Source of the DNA: the human T2T-CHM13v2.0 reference genome, Homo sapiens
Assembly: GCF_009914755.1 (NCBI RefSeq)
Contig: NC_060928.1
DNA: 64,000 bases
Direction: 5' to 3' (one strand)
The notes beneath the pieces are model-generated. The model was given only the letters and a program-made list of their open reading frames with translations. It was not told the origin of the DNA and did no database searches. Of this stretch, positions 50,093 to 64,000 are shown one piece after another; the stretch's first letter is position 1; each line of letters begins with the position of its first letter. The position numbers and the translations under genes were made by a program.

Positions 50093-51196
50093 AGTAGGTA
50101 TATTTGCCTTTTATTCTGCCATTTAGCTATATGGTTAAGAGAATCCTTTTCTGTTATTTTTAGCAATGCCTCTGTATTGAATAACCATAAACTGATCAGT
50201 TTCACTGACTGGCAAAATCAGAATTCTATAACCTGGCTCTATGAGGCAAATAATTCCTAGAATTGGAATCTACTAGATTTTTAAATGCATATAGTCAACT
50301 ATAGACTAAAGTTTTATAGAATGAATTATTATGAGGTAGATTTATATAGAAAATCAAATAATTTGCCAGTAATAAAACAGCAAATATTATGATATATAGA
50401 CAGGTGCAAATTAAGCCATATATTAGATTACTTCAATCTAATATTGTGTAATCTCTTTTTCTTTAATCTATTTTGAGATGAGATTCTGCTATTAATCAAA
50501 ATTATTCTAATATATTCATATATACTTGTGTAGCCTATATTTGTTTGACAATGTTCTTATTGAAATAAATTTCCTTCCATAGCTTCCTAATTGATAATAT
50601 ATTATCAGGAAGGCCAAGGAGTAGAAATAATACACTCAACAAGTAGAATCATCTCCGTTAATTTTTTTTTTATAATTTTGTTGTTTAAAGTTAGGAAATG
50701 ACTGTGCAGCAGGAGGTTCTTTCTGTCATTGCTGGGAAACAGTCATTTGTGATTATTTCAAGGTATTGCCACCTGGAGTAGAAAACACCTTTCTGTGCCA
50801 AGGTGCCAGATTAGACAGATAACATCACCTTAAGACCAAACATCTGCTGAAACAATGTAGAGTGGGCTATGAATTGGCTACATTTTTTAACAGCATTTGT
50901 TTCAAAATTTCATGTGCCAGTTAGTCCATAAAATATTTACAGAGTCTCTAATATATTCAGAACACTGTAGTAGCCACTGTGGGCAAACAAAAAGTAATAG
51001 TTTACAATCTACTTCTCTACAGAGGGCCAGAAATAGTTTTGAACATAAAACAGATGTGACGTTGTCTCAAAGGAATTTACAGAATAGGCACTTCTGAATC
51101 AGAAGCTGAATGAAGGGCAGAATTAGAGATTACCTGGTCTAACATCCTACCTTTTGCAACATGTTATCATCTAACTTTTGCTTGAATAAATTCAAT

Positions 51197-51252
<56 letters not shown>

Positions 51253-51291
51253 ATCTATCTATGTATCTATCAATCGATCTGTCTCTATCTA
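51197..51291. repeat. (TCTA)n / (GATA)n compound tetranucleotide microsatellite
   Basis: Direct reading; about 11 uninterrupted units plus degenerate flanks. Confidence 0.95.
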
Positions 51292-52212
51292 GGAGGCAAC
51301 CACTTCCTCTTTTGAGGAGTCCCAATTACAAATCATTTACACCATTTTCCTCATTGTGCAACTCATAGCACATTTCTTCAAAAATCTCATGATCACCCCC
51401 TTAAAAATGTGCCATTCACCTATTCTCTAAGCTTAGCTCTCTAATTTCTTCATACAATGATATAGCTTTATTTTATTTTCATTTAACTCTCTTTAAGCCA
51501 CTGCTTGACCTATCCAATACATATTCTGCCCATTTTCAATTACCTCTCTAGCTTTTTTACTTTTATTGAGTCAAAATGAAAGATTTATTAGTCAACAAGG
51601 ATTAGCTTCTCCCCTTCTCCAACATGTATGTTCTGGATGATAATTATTTACACAAAAAAACCTGGTGGCACACACAAAAGTTTTATTCAGTTCTCACAGG
51701 AGGGAATGAGAGCCACTGGAAAGTTTTAAAATAATTTAAAGCCAGATAATCCTTTTGCCATGGCAAAGTTGGGTGGATAGAGTGAAGTTAGGCCTGAAAG
51801 AAAAGTACCTGAACTAACAAGATGCAATGACCAAAATTTGACTAAGTTTTAATGGCAGTAATTGTGGCTTGAGGTGCTACATAAAGAAAAGGGCAGAGAC
51901 AAGAGTGTGCTTGGGTAAGACATAGTTAGGTTAACTAAAAAAAAATTCAGTTAATGTAATTCAAGATATTTCCTGCATCTTGGCTTATATATTAAACTAG
52001 AGTGCAGGAGGATAGGATAACCTCCCTTCACAATGAGACCAGGAACAGTCTCAAAGAATTAGACAGTTTGCCTAGATGGTGTAAGAGGTTGTTTCTCTCT
52101 AACCTGCCATGAAAAACAAAGAACTCCAAGGGTCTTGAAAAATGAAGCATTGTCCAAATGAGCAATTGCTTTCTGATGCAGTTTGTCATTGCCCTGCACA
52201 GACATGGTATGC

Positions 52213-52619
52213 TGATATGGTTTGGGTCTGTGTCCCCACCCAAATCTCATGTTGAAATGTAATCCCCCATATTGCAAGTGGGGCCTGGTGGGAGGTGATT
52301 GGATCATGGGACAGATTTTTCCCTTGGTACAAGGTTGTGACAATGAATGAGTTCTCATGAGATCTGGTTGTTTAAAAGTATGCAGCACCTCCCCAAACTT
52401 TCTCTCTTACTCTTGCTCTGGCCATGTGAACTGCCAGCTTCCCTCTTCACTCTTTGCCATAATTTGATTGTAAGTTTCCTGAGGCCTCCGCAGAAGCTGA
52501 GCATATGCTTCCATGCTTGCTGTACAGCCTGCAGAATTGTGAGCCAATTAAAACTGTTTTCTTTAAAATTTATCCAGTCTCAGGTTTTCTTTATAGCAGT
52601 GTGAGAAAGGACTAATACA
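52213..52619 (+). mobile_element. MSTA-like MaLR solo LTR
   Basis: TGATATGGTTTGGGTCTGTGTCCCCACCCAAATCTCATGTTGAAATGTAATCCCC...GGACTAATACA; flanked by GTATGC on both sides (52207-52212, 52620-52625). Confidence 0.9.
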
Positions 52620-55600
52620 GTATGCCAAAGGAAAAAAAAATGAGGCTGAGCTTTATAATCTCTGTTCTTTTCTATTGAAATGTTTAACATATTTTAATGT
52701 GATTTTTACAGACCTATAGTTTCAGCAAAATTTCAAATTATTTACTTTTATTGCATTGAATTCCATACCTTTGTACTTTAACAATTAAATATGGTGTTTT
52801 AAATTCTAAGGTTGCACAATTTATTATTTTATTATGAAGTTGTAACGATTAATATGTTTTTCCTATTTTCAGCATGGTTTACCTTTTGGTAAGTTTTATG
52901 CAATCTAAGCTAACAAAATAATTTGTCCTTCACGTAATAAGGTCCTAGTTCTCTTTACCACTTTATAGATAAAATCAACCACACTATTGGTGTTAAACCA
53001 CAGTTTGGGTCATTGAAATTAATAACCTTTGTTAAAAGTTATCATGATGTAGATTTCTAGTTCAGCATAGCTTGATGTATTTTTCTACTTTAAAAACGAA
53101 TAAAAATAATTTTCATCATAAAAGCTAATTGAGTTTCTTATAGTTTTATTCTACTTAAGAGTGACAGGAAAGAACCTCTTGATATACAAAAATACAATGT
53201 TTGGATCTGAATCCATATCTGGATGTCTGATACTGCTGTTTTAATTCTTTCTGAATATCATGTGTGCTTTTATTAAAAAAAGACAGACACACCCATTTAA
53301 TCTTTCATATTGGCCACAGTAATAACCTCCTATTAAATATTTCATATTGTACTAATAAAGAACACAAGACATTATGCAAAACTTGGCACAAACTTGTTTC
53401 AGGAGAGCATCTGCTTAAAAATAAAACATTTGAGAGCCTGGTATTTAGCACATAGCAGCGCTCCTAAGAATACAAACCAGACAATTTGTGAGTTCAGTTA
53501 TGTTATTGTGGGCTTCCATAATGATATTCTGCCCTTATCTTTATAGTGAAACTGTGTCTCAGCTGTTGTGTGCTCCTAGAGTGATGTGACAAAGTTTCCT
53601 GTAAGCCTGTCCTAAGGCCACTGGTCCAGTGAAAGCTGGTTAATAAATCAATAAAGAGTTTATCTTATGCAGTCTCAGAACATCAAAGTGAAACCAATTT
53701 TTAATGTTTATTAAGCACTCTCATAACAGGTCTTACACAATATTTATATTATAGTGAACAGAACTTAAATGGGAAAAATGATTTACTGTATAAATGTGGT
53801 TTTTCACTGAAACAAAAATTAATAGCCTCTGAAAAACCACATGTCCATAATGACATCGCTTTTACCTGGAGATCCGACTACTATTTGATGATTATTCTTC
53901 AGTATTTAGAAACAACGGCAAAGTTAATGATCTGAGTGTTTGTTTTAAAAGTTAAAAAACATATAAACATTCTTAAGTAGGCCACAATTGTCTTCTTCTA
54001 CAAATCCTTTCTCCCTTTTACTGGTTCTCTTTTTTGGAGAAACCATTCACTCTAAGTAAGGTTAGGTTTCACTCACTCTTCTGGTACAATATCCTTCTTC
54101 TATCTGTAAAAATATAAAAACAAAGTTAATTTTTTGCTTAAAGATATTGGGGGTGGATACAGTCTAAATATTTAATTTAGTTTTTTTATGAAATTAAGAC
54201 ATCTTATAATAAAGAATACAAACAATATTACATGAAAGAATATAATAAAATGAAATGTATTGGTATAAAGAAAAAAATGTTAAGTATGAAAATAGCCAAT
54301 ACTAGAATATGAATTCACAAAGAAGGTGTGCTGAAATTTTAAAATTTTAAAAATATATGTAATGACTTTAATACATATTGAAGTTGAAACAGATTTCTAG
54401 ATGATGTGCCCCTGAAAGAAGAGTATAGTTCTTCAGGGATCTCAAAATGGTGGGTAATATATAGCTCCATTTCTTGAAAGTTTAAGATATAGATATAGAT
54501 ATAGATATAAGGTAAAATGTAGGCAAATTTCCTAAAGGAGAGTAATAATTAATAATGAAGTACTGCTTTTATCTTCAATGAGCTTGACTTTTGGACACTG
54601 ATTCCATTATTATTTTCTCCAGTGTATCCAAAATTACCTAGCAGAGCAGAGTCATGTGATCAGATAGGGCTGAGTTCAAATTAAGCCCTGTTTCTCACTA
54701 AAAGTGAAATTTCAGCTCTCAGACATTCAATTGTCTTACCTGCAAAGAGAAAAAAAAAATATTTAGAGAGTAATACCCTTTACAGATTTTTTTTCAAAGC
54801 ATACTATTTATACAAAAGTAGGTGGTATTTATGTGCTGTGAACTTTATAGTGCTTTACAGATTTCAACATACTCTTTCTGGCCATCAGCTTAGTCTCATA
54901 TATTGAAAAATGATGACACCTTATGATATGATATACACACTCAGCATTATTTCCATGTATTTCCATTTAAATATGTAAAAATATATTTATCCACAGGCAA
55001 AGGTCAAAATAGGAATAATATTTTAGCAGAATTATAAAATTTATTAACTCCTCGCACCTTTTGATAAAATGGCTTTCACAGCCTAAATTTCTTGGAAATA
55101 GATAACATTGATTTTAATAAGAAGAAAAAGTATTCTGCAATTTTCACCATTTTTTCTTCTACAGAGGAAGTGAATAAAATTAGCAATCTCAACAAAACAC
55201 TAAACCAGATTAATTAAACCCAATGTTTGCCATTAACGAATATTTGGCTAAGTAAATCATGTGTTTAATAATCCTAAAATTTAAAGAAGTAGATTTCTAT
55301 TTCAGTATATATTGAATTAATAACTTTTAATAAAAGTTAACAATTTCAATGGCCCAAAATGAGGTTTAATCCCAAAAGGGTAATGGATTTTATGTATAAA
55401 GTGATAAAGAGAATTAGGACCTTATTATGTGAAAGACAATTTATTGTGTTAGTTTAGATTGGATAAATACTCAATAAAATTATTGTGAACCTAAAGGCTA
55501 AGAAAAAAATTAATTAGGATTATTCCTATAACACTCTATTCTAGGAATTAGGTTCTTGTAAATAATCAAAGATCAGTTCACAGATAAAAATAATATTATG

Positions 55601-55988
55601 GTGCGAAGGAAGAAGGGGAAAGAAAAAAAACATAACAAATGACTATGTGTTGTAGGTGCTAGAGAATGAGAAGTATTTCCCAAGGCTGAGAACTTTGAGG
55701 CCTGATGATAGATGTAAAAAAAAAATAAATTAAGATATATCCTGGTCAACTGCTCTTTTAAATGGGTCCAGGTAATGACAAATATATTATTTATTTCTGG
55801 GCTAGGGGGAATGAGCTAAATTAAATCTAACAAGGAGGAAAAAATAAATAAAAAATAAACAGATATCAAAAACAAAACAAAAAGAAATTCCAGAAAAAAA
55901 CAAGTGAAAGCAAACCTCTTAAAATTCTAGGTAGACAATCAACAATAAGAAATAATTTGGATCCATCCCTTAAAGACTAGGAAAGCTA

Positions 55989-56065
55989 TTAGGTTGGTGC
56001 AAAAGAAATTGCAGTTTCTGCAGAAGGTAATGGTGAAAACCGCAATTACTTTTGCACTAACCTAA
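55989..56065. mobile_element. MADE1 (Hsmar1-derived mariner MITE)
   Basis: TTAGGTTGGTGCAAAAG...CTTTTGCACTAACCTAA palindrome flanked by TA on both sides. Confidence 0.92.
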
Positions 56066-57054
56066 TATATTTAATAGTACATCGTTAGGTTTGAAGATAA
56101 TACCATAAAGAGATTGAATAGACCAGCATAGTTTAATTCAAACAATAGCAGAATAGCAGAAGAGTTTCAATATGACAGTGAAATTGGTGGTGCTACAAGT
56201 TATTATCTATAAGGAAAGGGACATGTCATCCAATACTATGAAATTACTTAAGTAAGAGAATATCCAAATAAGTGAGGCCCATTAAGTGATGCTAGGCAAG
56301 AAAACATATACAGATGAAGTTCGAGCAGGTAGAGGTATTAAACCAATCAAAAGTTACATTCTAGGTGACTGTACATAGGCCAACATAAGCAGTGAGCTGG
56401 GATGATAAATACTTCTCTGCAGACACGCAAAGTATTCGCTTTGTATGGCTCCCTATAAAGAAATCATACAAAACAGAACCAAAAGCAGATATTATAAGAT
56501 AAAATGTCTAGTTCTAAAAGCAAAGACATAGGAAAAGGAATACTGACCCTCTGAAACTGGTAGTCTAGCACACAATGGAACAGGAAATGGGCTAACATCT
56601 AAAGTAACTAATTATTATTTTTTAATTTGCCCAAGCCAATCTTAAAGAAGAAAGGAAACAACATAGAAAAATGAAAAACCCTGCTGAAGAAAAACATTTA
56701 ATAAAAAAAAAAAAAATTCCTGCTATCATTGAAGTAACACAAATCCCTCAGGGCTGAAACATTGAAATCTCCGTAAAGGTATGAGTTGGGAGTAGCCACA
56801 CTACAGAGGTATTGCTCTGCCTTAGACACCAGGTTGTGTAGGCATCAATGCTCAAAGCAGCCTCAGATTAGGGCAGAAATCTTTAAGGAATGAATCTTCA
56901 CCTGAGGTGAATTAGGGCTAGAATAAATCCTTCTACTAGATGTGAGATTTCTAGGACAAAAATTTACAGTGATAGGCACTATAAAAGACTCAAGGATTTG
57001 GCTGAAAACCAGAAAATTCATAGAGACTAGGAAAAAAATATGGGGCTTTGAATG

Positions 57055-57850
57055 AAAACATCTCATTTATACACTGTTTGTGGATTTGTAAATTGGTATA
57101 GACATAAAAATATTTTGGAAATTCCTCAAGAACTAAAAATAGAACTACCATATGATCTGAGAATCCCACTACTGGATACATATATATCTAATGCAAGTTA
57201 AATTTGTGTCTTAAAAAGATATCTTCACTCCCATGTTCATTGCAGCATTGATCGTCATAGTCAAGAAATAGTATCAAGTGTCCATGGATAAAGAAAATGT
57301 GAGACATATACACACATACAGGCAAACACACACACACACACACAAGAAAATTATTCCACCTTAGAAAGGATGAAATCCTGCCATTTGTAAAAACATGGAT
57401 GAGCCTAGAGAACATTATGCTATTTGAAATAAGCCAGACACAGAAAGACAAATACTGCGTGATCTTACTTTTTTGTGGAATCTAAAAAAGTTGAATGCAT
57501 AGAAACAGTATAGAATGATGGTTGTCAGGAGCTGGGAAGTAGGAGAAATGGGGAGATTTTGGTTGTACAAACTGAAAGTACAAACTTTCAGTTATATGAT
57601 TAAACATTCTGGAAACCTAATGTACAGCATGGTGACTATAGTTAATAATACTGTATTGTGTATTTGAAATTTGCCAGGAGAATAGACATTAAGTGTTCTC
57701 ATCACAAAAAAAAAAAGCGTAACTGTGTAATGTGATTGATATATTTATTAGTTTCATTGGGGGAATCATTTCACTATATGTATACAAAACATCACATTTT
57801 ACATTTAAACATATACAATGCTTATTTGTTGATCACATCTCAATGAGGCT
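57055..57850 (+). mobile_element. L1MA8/9-like 3' end
   Basis: AAAAATAGAACTACCATATGATC...GTACAGCATGGTGACTATAGTTAATAATACTGTATTG; internal (CA)n. Confidence 0.85.
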
Positions 57851-59418
57851 TCAAAACATTTGAAGAGTGACTATTTTAATTGAAGGTTGACAATTGACAT
57901 TAGATCATGACTGTATTACCATTTACAAAGAAAATACTCGAGAGCAAAAGTAAATTAAAAGTGGGTTTGATACTAAAAGAAGAAAGCCTCCAGAAAGCAC
58001 TATGATGGAGTGTCAGTACAATTATCTAGTTATGTATTTATTCAATTTGCTTTTTTGGGAAAATTTGTCTTGACTGTTTCTGAGAAGGCAGTGTGATCAC
58101 TGGATCACCACTCCATCACCTCCACTTCAATATGACACAAGTGGTGTCACCCTAAACTTATTTAGAGATTTCTCCCAACTGAGTTTAAATGTGTAGGTTG
58201 TGGATTCTGAAAAACTGGTTTAGACTCACTAGCATCCTGGTGACACTGGAAGTATTGACTCATTCAATCAGAATTTGCTGAAGTTTTAATAACCATTTAT
58301 TTATTAATTCATTCAATGAATGAGAATTGAGTGGCTGCTATTTGTCAACTCTAGGCACTAGGGATTAAAACATTTCAAGCCTTATAAAGCATACATTCAA
58401 ATGTGTGAAATAAACAAATGCTTCCTTTTGTGTGTGAGAAGCTGAGGAAAAATAGAGGACAAGATTTTTGCAGGTGAGGACCTAGTCAGGGAATTGAGAG
58501 GACAGATCTTTCATATAAATATTGAAATCAATAAAGCTGATCAACAGTCTGGGTCAAGAGTAGTGTTAGGGTAAGTGACAGTGATTCTGATGCTGGAATC
58601 TTCATGGAATGAGGGAGAGTGCCCCAGAAGTTGAGAGAGGGCTGCAGCAACCTAATGTTCAGAACCAATGTTTTTATAGTTGGGGAAGGGAGATTAACCC
58701 AGAAACAGCGGTAGAAAGCAAGGGGGCATTGTATTCTATCTCCAGACCCAGGGGTTCTGAAGAATGAGGGGAAAAAAACATCTACTGAAAAGACCCACAA
58801 AGAAGTAGAAAAAAAAACAAATTGCAGTTAAAAGAAGAACGTCAAAGAAGAGGCTGAGAATAGACAGGTATTTACTGATGACTAACCCTGCATTCCAGAG
58901 GGCAAATTGGAAGAGTTTCAGAAAATGGGAAGCATGTGTTTTGTGACATGACTGTTTCTGACGTAAAGAGTGTCAGAGGATTAGAGTCTGTGTGATAAGA
59001 AACGACCTGGGAGACCCCTGTATCTTGTGGTGATTTATATAACTTAGAAGGGGCATGGCATGATGGAGTCTTAATGCATACAGTGATCGTGAAACTGTAA
59101 TTCTGGTTTTCCACTTAGCCTTACCACAGGAAGCTTGAAGAGAGTGGACACTCTTAACCTCCATTAATATAATCCTATGTGTAGCCTATTATAAAAGTTT
59201 GGTAAGTTATATTTGACATAAAAAGGAAATTTGGGGCCTAGGGTGAATAGTGGTCCTGAAGTTAATTACTGGTTTTTTTTTTTTTTTTTTTTTTTTTAGC
59301 TGCATTTCAGAGTCTTCTTCAGCAAAAGGTGAGCATTCCACCAATTTTCTCAAGAAAAGATCCGAAAGAGCAGGAGTTGAGATATTAGGAGTCTTTACAA
59401 GAAGGAAATAGCACTACT

Positions 59419-59482
59419 TTAGGCTGGTGCCAAAGTAATTGCAGTATTGGCAAAAACCACAATAACTTTTACACCAACCTAA
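59419..59482. mobile_element. Internally deleted MADE1
   Basis: TTAGGCTGGTGCCAAAGTAATTGC...CAATAACTTTTACACCAACCTAA. Confidence 0.85.
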
Positions 59483-59597
59483 TACTATCTCCTTCCTGAA
59501 AAGCAGCACCCACCAGCTTAGAAATTAAGCTCAATGGAATATGAAGACAATATCATAAAATCTAAAGGGAAGGGAAAAATTAGTTTAGTTAGATTTA

Positions 59598-59718
59598 TTG
59601 ACTCAAATGTCATTCTCCTCTCGCAACACCCTCACTGACACAGCCAGAAACAATAGTTTATCAGCCATCTAGGCATCCCTCAATCCAGTCAAGTTGACGC
59701 CTAATATTAACCATTATA
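59598..59718 (-). mobile_element. MLT2A/B LTR 5' fragment
   Basis: Reverse complement of ...GGTTAATATTAGGCGTCAACTTGACTGGATTGAGGGATGCCTAGATGGCTG. Confidence 0.75.
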
Positions 59719-59724
59719 CCCATG

Positions 59725-59945
59725 AACCAAACTGGGTTCAAATCCCATATTGGCCATGAGTTAGCTGGGTAACCTTGGGCAATTTTCTTAATCTCTTTAC
59801 TCTTCAGTTTTTTCATCTTAAAAAATACAGAAATAATGATATTATTTACTTTAGAGGGTTGTTGTGAGGATTGAGTTGGAAACGTGTCACATGCTCAGAA
59901 AAATGCCTGACACATAAATTAACCAAATTGAAAGTACTACTATCA
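59725..59945 (+). mobile_element. MIR SINE
   Basis: CTGGGTTCAAATCCC, AACCTTGGGCAA, CAGTTTTTTCATCT, AGGGTTGTTGTGAGGATT. Confidence 0.8.
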
Positions 59946-61214
59946 TCATGATTTTTCTTGCTTACCTTAAGTTTCTTTATATATTCATGTACTGTATTTC
60001 TCTTAGTTTATACAAGGGAATTTTTGCTATTTGGAGTTTCAGCACTTTTTGCTAAGATAAACTTTATCATCCTGCTAAGATATCTTTAACATTAATACAT
60101 TAACTCAGAAATTTTTTAAGTTTCTCTTTTGTCTAATTTATAAGACAGTGTCTACCCTCACAGATCTTATCATCAAGCAAGAATGATGGCTAGTAATTTG
60201 CAAGCTGTTGCAGACACAAATTTGAACAACATAGATTATAAGGTAGATGCAGAAGTGAAAAGTTTAGTTAGAAGTCAAATGTCTGGAATCTTCTTTTTTC
60301 ATTTTCACTCTTTTTAGAACAAATTTCAAAAGTCATTATTACCTAAATAATTTATGCAAAAAAATATTAAATATGATCATTTTAAACTTAGATTTTGATG
60401 CAATTCTCATTATTCAGTTTAACAAGGATGTATTCTACTAAAAATACTATTTTCCTCTCATCTTTTCTTTAATTCCAAAATTGTCACTGGTCAGCAAACA
60501 TGTGTTGAATGAATAAATGGTTATTTCACTTGTCTTATTAGCATTGTGGAGCCTATATTGAAAACAGTAATTAACTTAATTCACAGTGTTACAATGAATC
60601 TAACTAATCCAATTTTTCCCATTGTAATTATAGGCCCCAGAGTGCACAGGACACTCCTATGGTACGGCCTATATTCTGAAGAACAAACTGTTCGTTTTTT
60701 TTTCCTTTACCATTCCAGTAGAGACAAAGAACTTAGAAGTGGGTCTGTGGGGGACCATGTAACACTCATCTGAAGTGGTCATTGTGTGAAGCACACATAC
60801 AATTTATCTTTACTTGCAAAAGTATCTACTACATTTACAGTATTATAATGGAATATTAAAGGACATACTTTAGTAGCACCACACTATTTATTTTTGTATA
60901 ATTAGGATTACATGGAAATCTTATAATGCAAGTCATATCTTTTCTCAGAAAATCCTACTGTCATTCTAAAGAATTTTTTTTAATATTTGAAAAAGCATCA
61001 AGTGAAAGAAATTGTGAATGTAAAAAATTAATGAAGCTAAGTGCAATGAGGGCTACTGGTATGGGAGTTGAAGTTAGTGACCACGTGACATCTATGTAAG
61101 TGATGCAAGAATTCAGATTTTACTCAGCTATCTATGGACTGAGATAGCTATTTCTTAGACTTCATGACTTCTGTAAAGGATGTGATATTCTTCAGATTTG
61201 ACTCAGAATGGATA

Positions 61215-61707
61215 CTGGAAAACAGTTCTCGGGATGGCCTTGGACCTACCTAGTTCTCTCTCTTTCCTCACTTGCAGTTCTCAAGGGCAGAGTATGTGCT
61301 GGTAAGGCAATATCCTGAGATAAGGAAGGAAGGACATCCTGGGCTCTGTTTCAGTCTCTCCTAGGAAAGGATGTCCTTCAGTGCTTTAGACCAGAGAGTC
61401 TTGCCACATTGGGGTGCAAAACCAAGAGCAAGCTGCTTTCCTGGCTCCCTTAGCTGTGGCATAAGTGGGGTACGAGCTGATGAGACCCCATCCGCCCCAG
61501 GCAGCTTTCCTGAGCATTGGACCAGCTCATCATGAATCCTAGACTTCTGTTGTCCTTTGATGTTTGTATGTAAGTCATAAATCCCCCTCATTTAACTTGT
61601 GTGTGTGTGAGTGTCTTGTCTCACCGAATTCATGCAAGTAGTAGAAATTGCAGCTCAAGATGTAGTGGGCTGAAGTGGTAACTGGTGCACAGGGAATCTG
61701 TTTTGCA
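61215..61707 (+). mobile_element. LTR47-like ERVL solo LTR
   Basis: CTTGGACC...AGTTCTC...CAGTTCTCAAG...ATCCTGAGATAAGGA and CCCCAGGCAGCTTTCCTGAGC motifs. Confidence 0.65.
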
Positions 61708-62499
61708 GACACTGATGGCCAAACTCTTTCCCCATCTAAAACATCATAGGTGGAAAGATATTCAGCAACCATAGCAGAAGTGAGAGAGAGAGACAAAGAA
61801 GTGTCAAAAAATGAACAACAGAAAGAGAAGCCAATATTCTCTAAAGACTGCAGACATTTGTGGAGGCTAACCTGAAGATAAAAAAGCAAAACAAAAACAA
61901 ATATCACTTCTCTTTAGAAATACCATAGATGAACAGAGAATTTAACATGTAAATTTTAATTAGTTGGAAACTGTCTGAACATTCCTAAAACTTGATATAA
62001 AAGCCCAGACACAAGTAGCTGGCTCTTCTGATACAGCCTTTGTGGGGTGAGTTGGACAGGGGAAATTGAAGAAAAATAGAAATGTCTAGAACCATGATTA
62101 AGAAAATATTCAAATTAAGGACTATTTGTATATTTCAATTGCTTATGCTATAACAACTATTGCAATAAATAATTCAGAGTTATAACTACATGCATTTTCA
62201 TAAAGGTCACAAACATATCACTTAACAATAAAATTTTTGTGTATGATCTATACATAATACTTTAAAAGACTTCAACAACAAAAGAAGATCTGACATTTTA
62301 TTCCAAATGAAATACTTATTTGTGTTTTGTTTTCTATTTGTTGAAGAAAGCTAAAACTTGCATTTTGTATCCAATTCTATCATTGTTATTCAAAACATAC
62401 ACAGAAGTTAGTTATTATAAAATAGAGAAGGGAGCCTTATCAAAAGGTTTTAATGATTTTATTAATAAAATTAATTGATACTGCTATATGTGGTTTAGA

Positions 62500-62985
62500 T
62501 AATAGCTTCTTGGATAATTATTCTTTTATAACTTTATATAAATTATTTTATTTATATATTTTATATATTATTTTTATTTTATAAATAATAAATATTGAAT
62601 AATATATTATTTAATATATTTAAATAATATATAAAAATTATATATTATTTATATTTATATAAACAATTATTATGGATAATTATTCTTTTATGACTTTATA
62701 TACCAAGGTCTTTATACCTTTATGTACCAAGGTCTACCTATGTACTTTAGAGAGTCAATAGTTTCTTGGATAATTATTCTTTTATACTTTTACATAAATT
62801 ATTTTATTTATATATTTTATATATTATTTATATTTTATGAATAATAAATATTCAATAATATACTATTTAATATATTTATATAATATATATTATGTATTAC
62901 ATTTAAATAATGTATATATTATTTATATTTATATAAATATAATTATGGATAATTATTCTTTTATACCTTTATATACCAATGTCTA
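62500..62985. repeat. AT-rich nested tandem duplication (~256-bp period)
   Basis: TGGATAATTATTCTTTTAT at 62511, 62673, 62767 and 62946; the blocks starting near 62500 and 62757 align. Confidence 0.85.
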
Positions 62986-63254
62986 TTCCAGGGGATGTGG
63001 CTGAGTAAAAGACATACACAGAAAAAAAAATTTATTTTATATACACTACATATTATTTCATACACATTCTATACAGTATATCAAAGCTACTCGAATGAAT
63101 GAATGCTTAAAAATTGTTCAAATATATCATTTATACAACACTATGAATATTGACCTGAACTAAGATATACTTCTATAATCACAATTTCTTTTTTCCTCTA
63201 AATTTTAAATATTCTTCACTCATAAAATATATTATTTACTTTTATTATTTACTG

Positions 63255-63480
63255 GATTAGATTGAATATTGATCTCAATTCTTCACTCCTCATATCTGTG
63301 CCATTTCTTCATCATGGGAAAAGTGTATTTTCCCACCCTTTGACTTTGGGCTTGGCTACGTGACCTGTTTTGATAATTGAATGTTAACAGACATGATGTG
63401 AACAGATATTTGAATAGAGACTAGATGGCGTAACTTGGCTTCTTGAACTCCAGGCATCTAGTATATATACCCATGAAGCA
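63255..63480 (+). mobile_element. Old MLT1 (I/J-like) LTR fragment
   Basis: AAAGTGTATTTTCCCACCCTTTGACTTTGGGCTTGGCTACGTGAC. Confidence 0.55.
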
Positions 63481-63771
63481 GAAAAGAGTTTACCAAATGT
63501 GGAGTATACCCCCAAGTCTTTTTTGGCTTAAGGGCAACTAATTACTGAGGTTACAGTCAGCCATCAGCACAGCAGACTAAGCTATATGCATTTATGCCTA
63601 AAGTAAATTCATAATTTTTAGAATCACTTCAGAAGTAGTTTGAGTCTCTAACCCTTTGTGGCACTGCATATTCCTGCTTCAAATGAATAGATTTAAAATA
63701 AATAATCACAGCTTCACAGTGATTGATTATAAATATGCAGAAATAGAACTTGAGTAACTTTACTTCTGTCA

Positions 63772-64000
<229 letters not shown>

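Noticed and set aside
52207-52625. 6-bp rather than 5-bp TSD around the MSTA LTR
   Set aside because: Occasional TSD length variation; no further implication.
59273-59298. Orphan poly(T) tract as a retro-insertion
   Set aside because: No TSD or adjoining retroelement body; treated as a mononucleotide repeat.

Overview
This is human genomic DNA: a human-specific AluYa5 is present. It is AT-rich, repeat-dense, intergenic or deep-intronic sequence with no intact protein-coding gene. The supplied ORFs are L1 ORF1/ORF2 remnants, THE1-internal or Alu frames, or chance ORFs. The only gene-derived sequence I recognise is the 3' end of an RPS23 processed pseudogene (1-283), which the ORF track misses. 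The rest is layered transposons: a complete THE1 provirus, a full-length ~6.16 kb L1PA5-like element, three 5'-inverted (twin-primed) L1s, four Alus, many solo LTRs, MIR/L2, MER DNA elements, two MADE1 MITEs, a 51-bp VNTR and simple repeats. One of the inverted L1s carries a 31-nt 3' transduction. I find no evidence of a novel gene system. The most interesting signals are apparent DNA-repair or conversion scars: (1) a 101-bp copy of local THE1 internal sequence pasted 2.1 kb away; (2) a fold-back templated insertion in L1 ORF1; (3) a 34-bp local copy; (4) a 41/43-identical inverted pair inside two otherwise ancient L2 tails; (5) inverted micro-duplications. Repeat subfamily names come from my recall of consensus sequences, not a database search, and boundaries of old elements are approximate.
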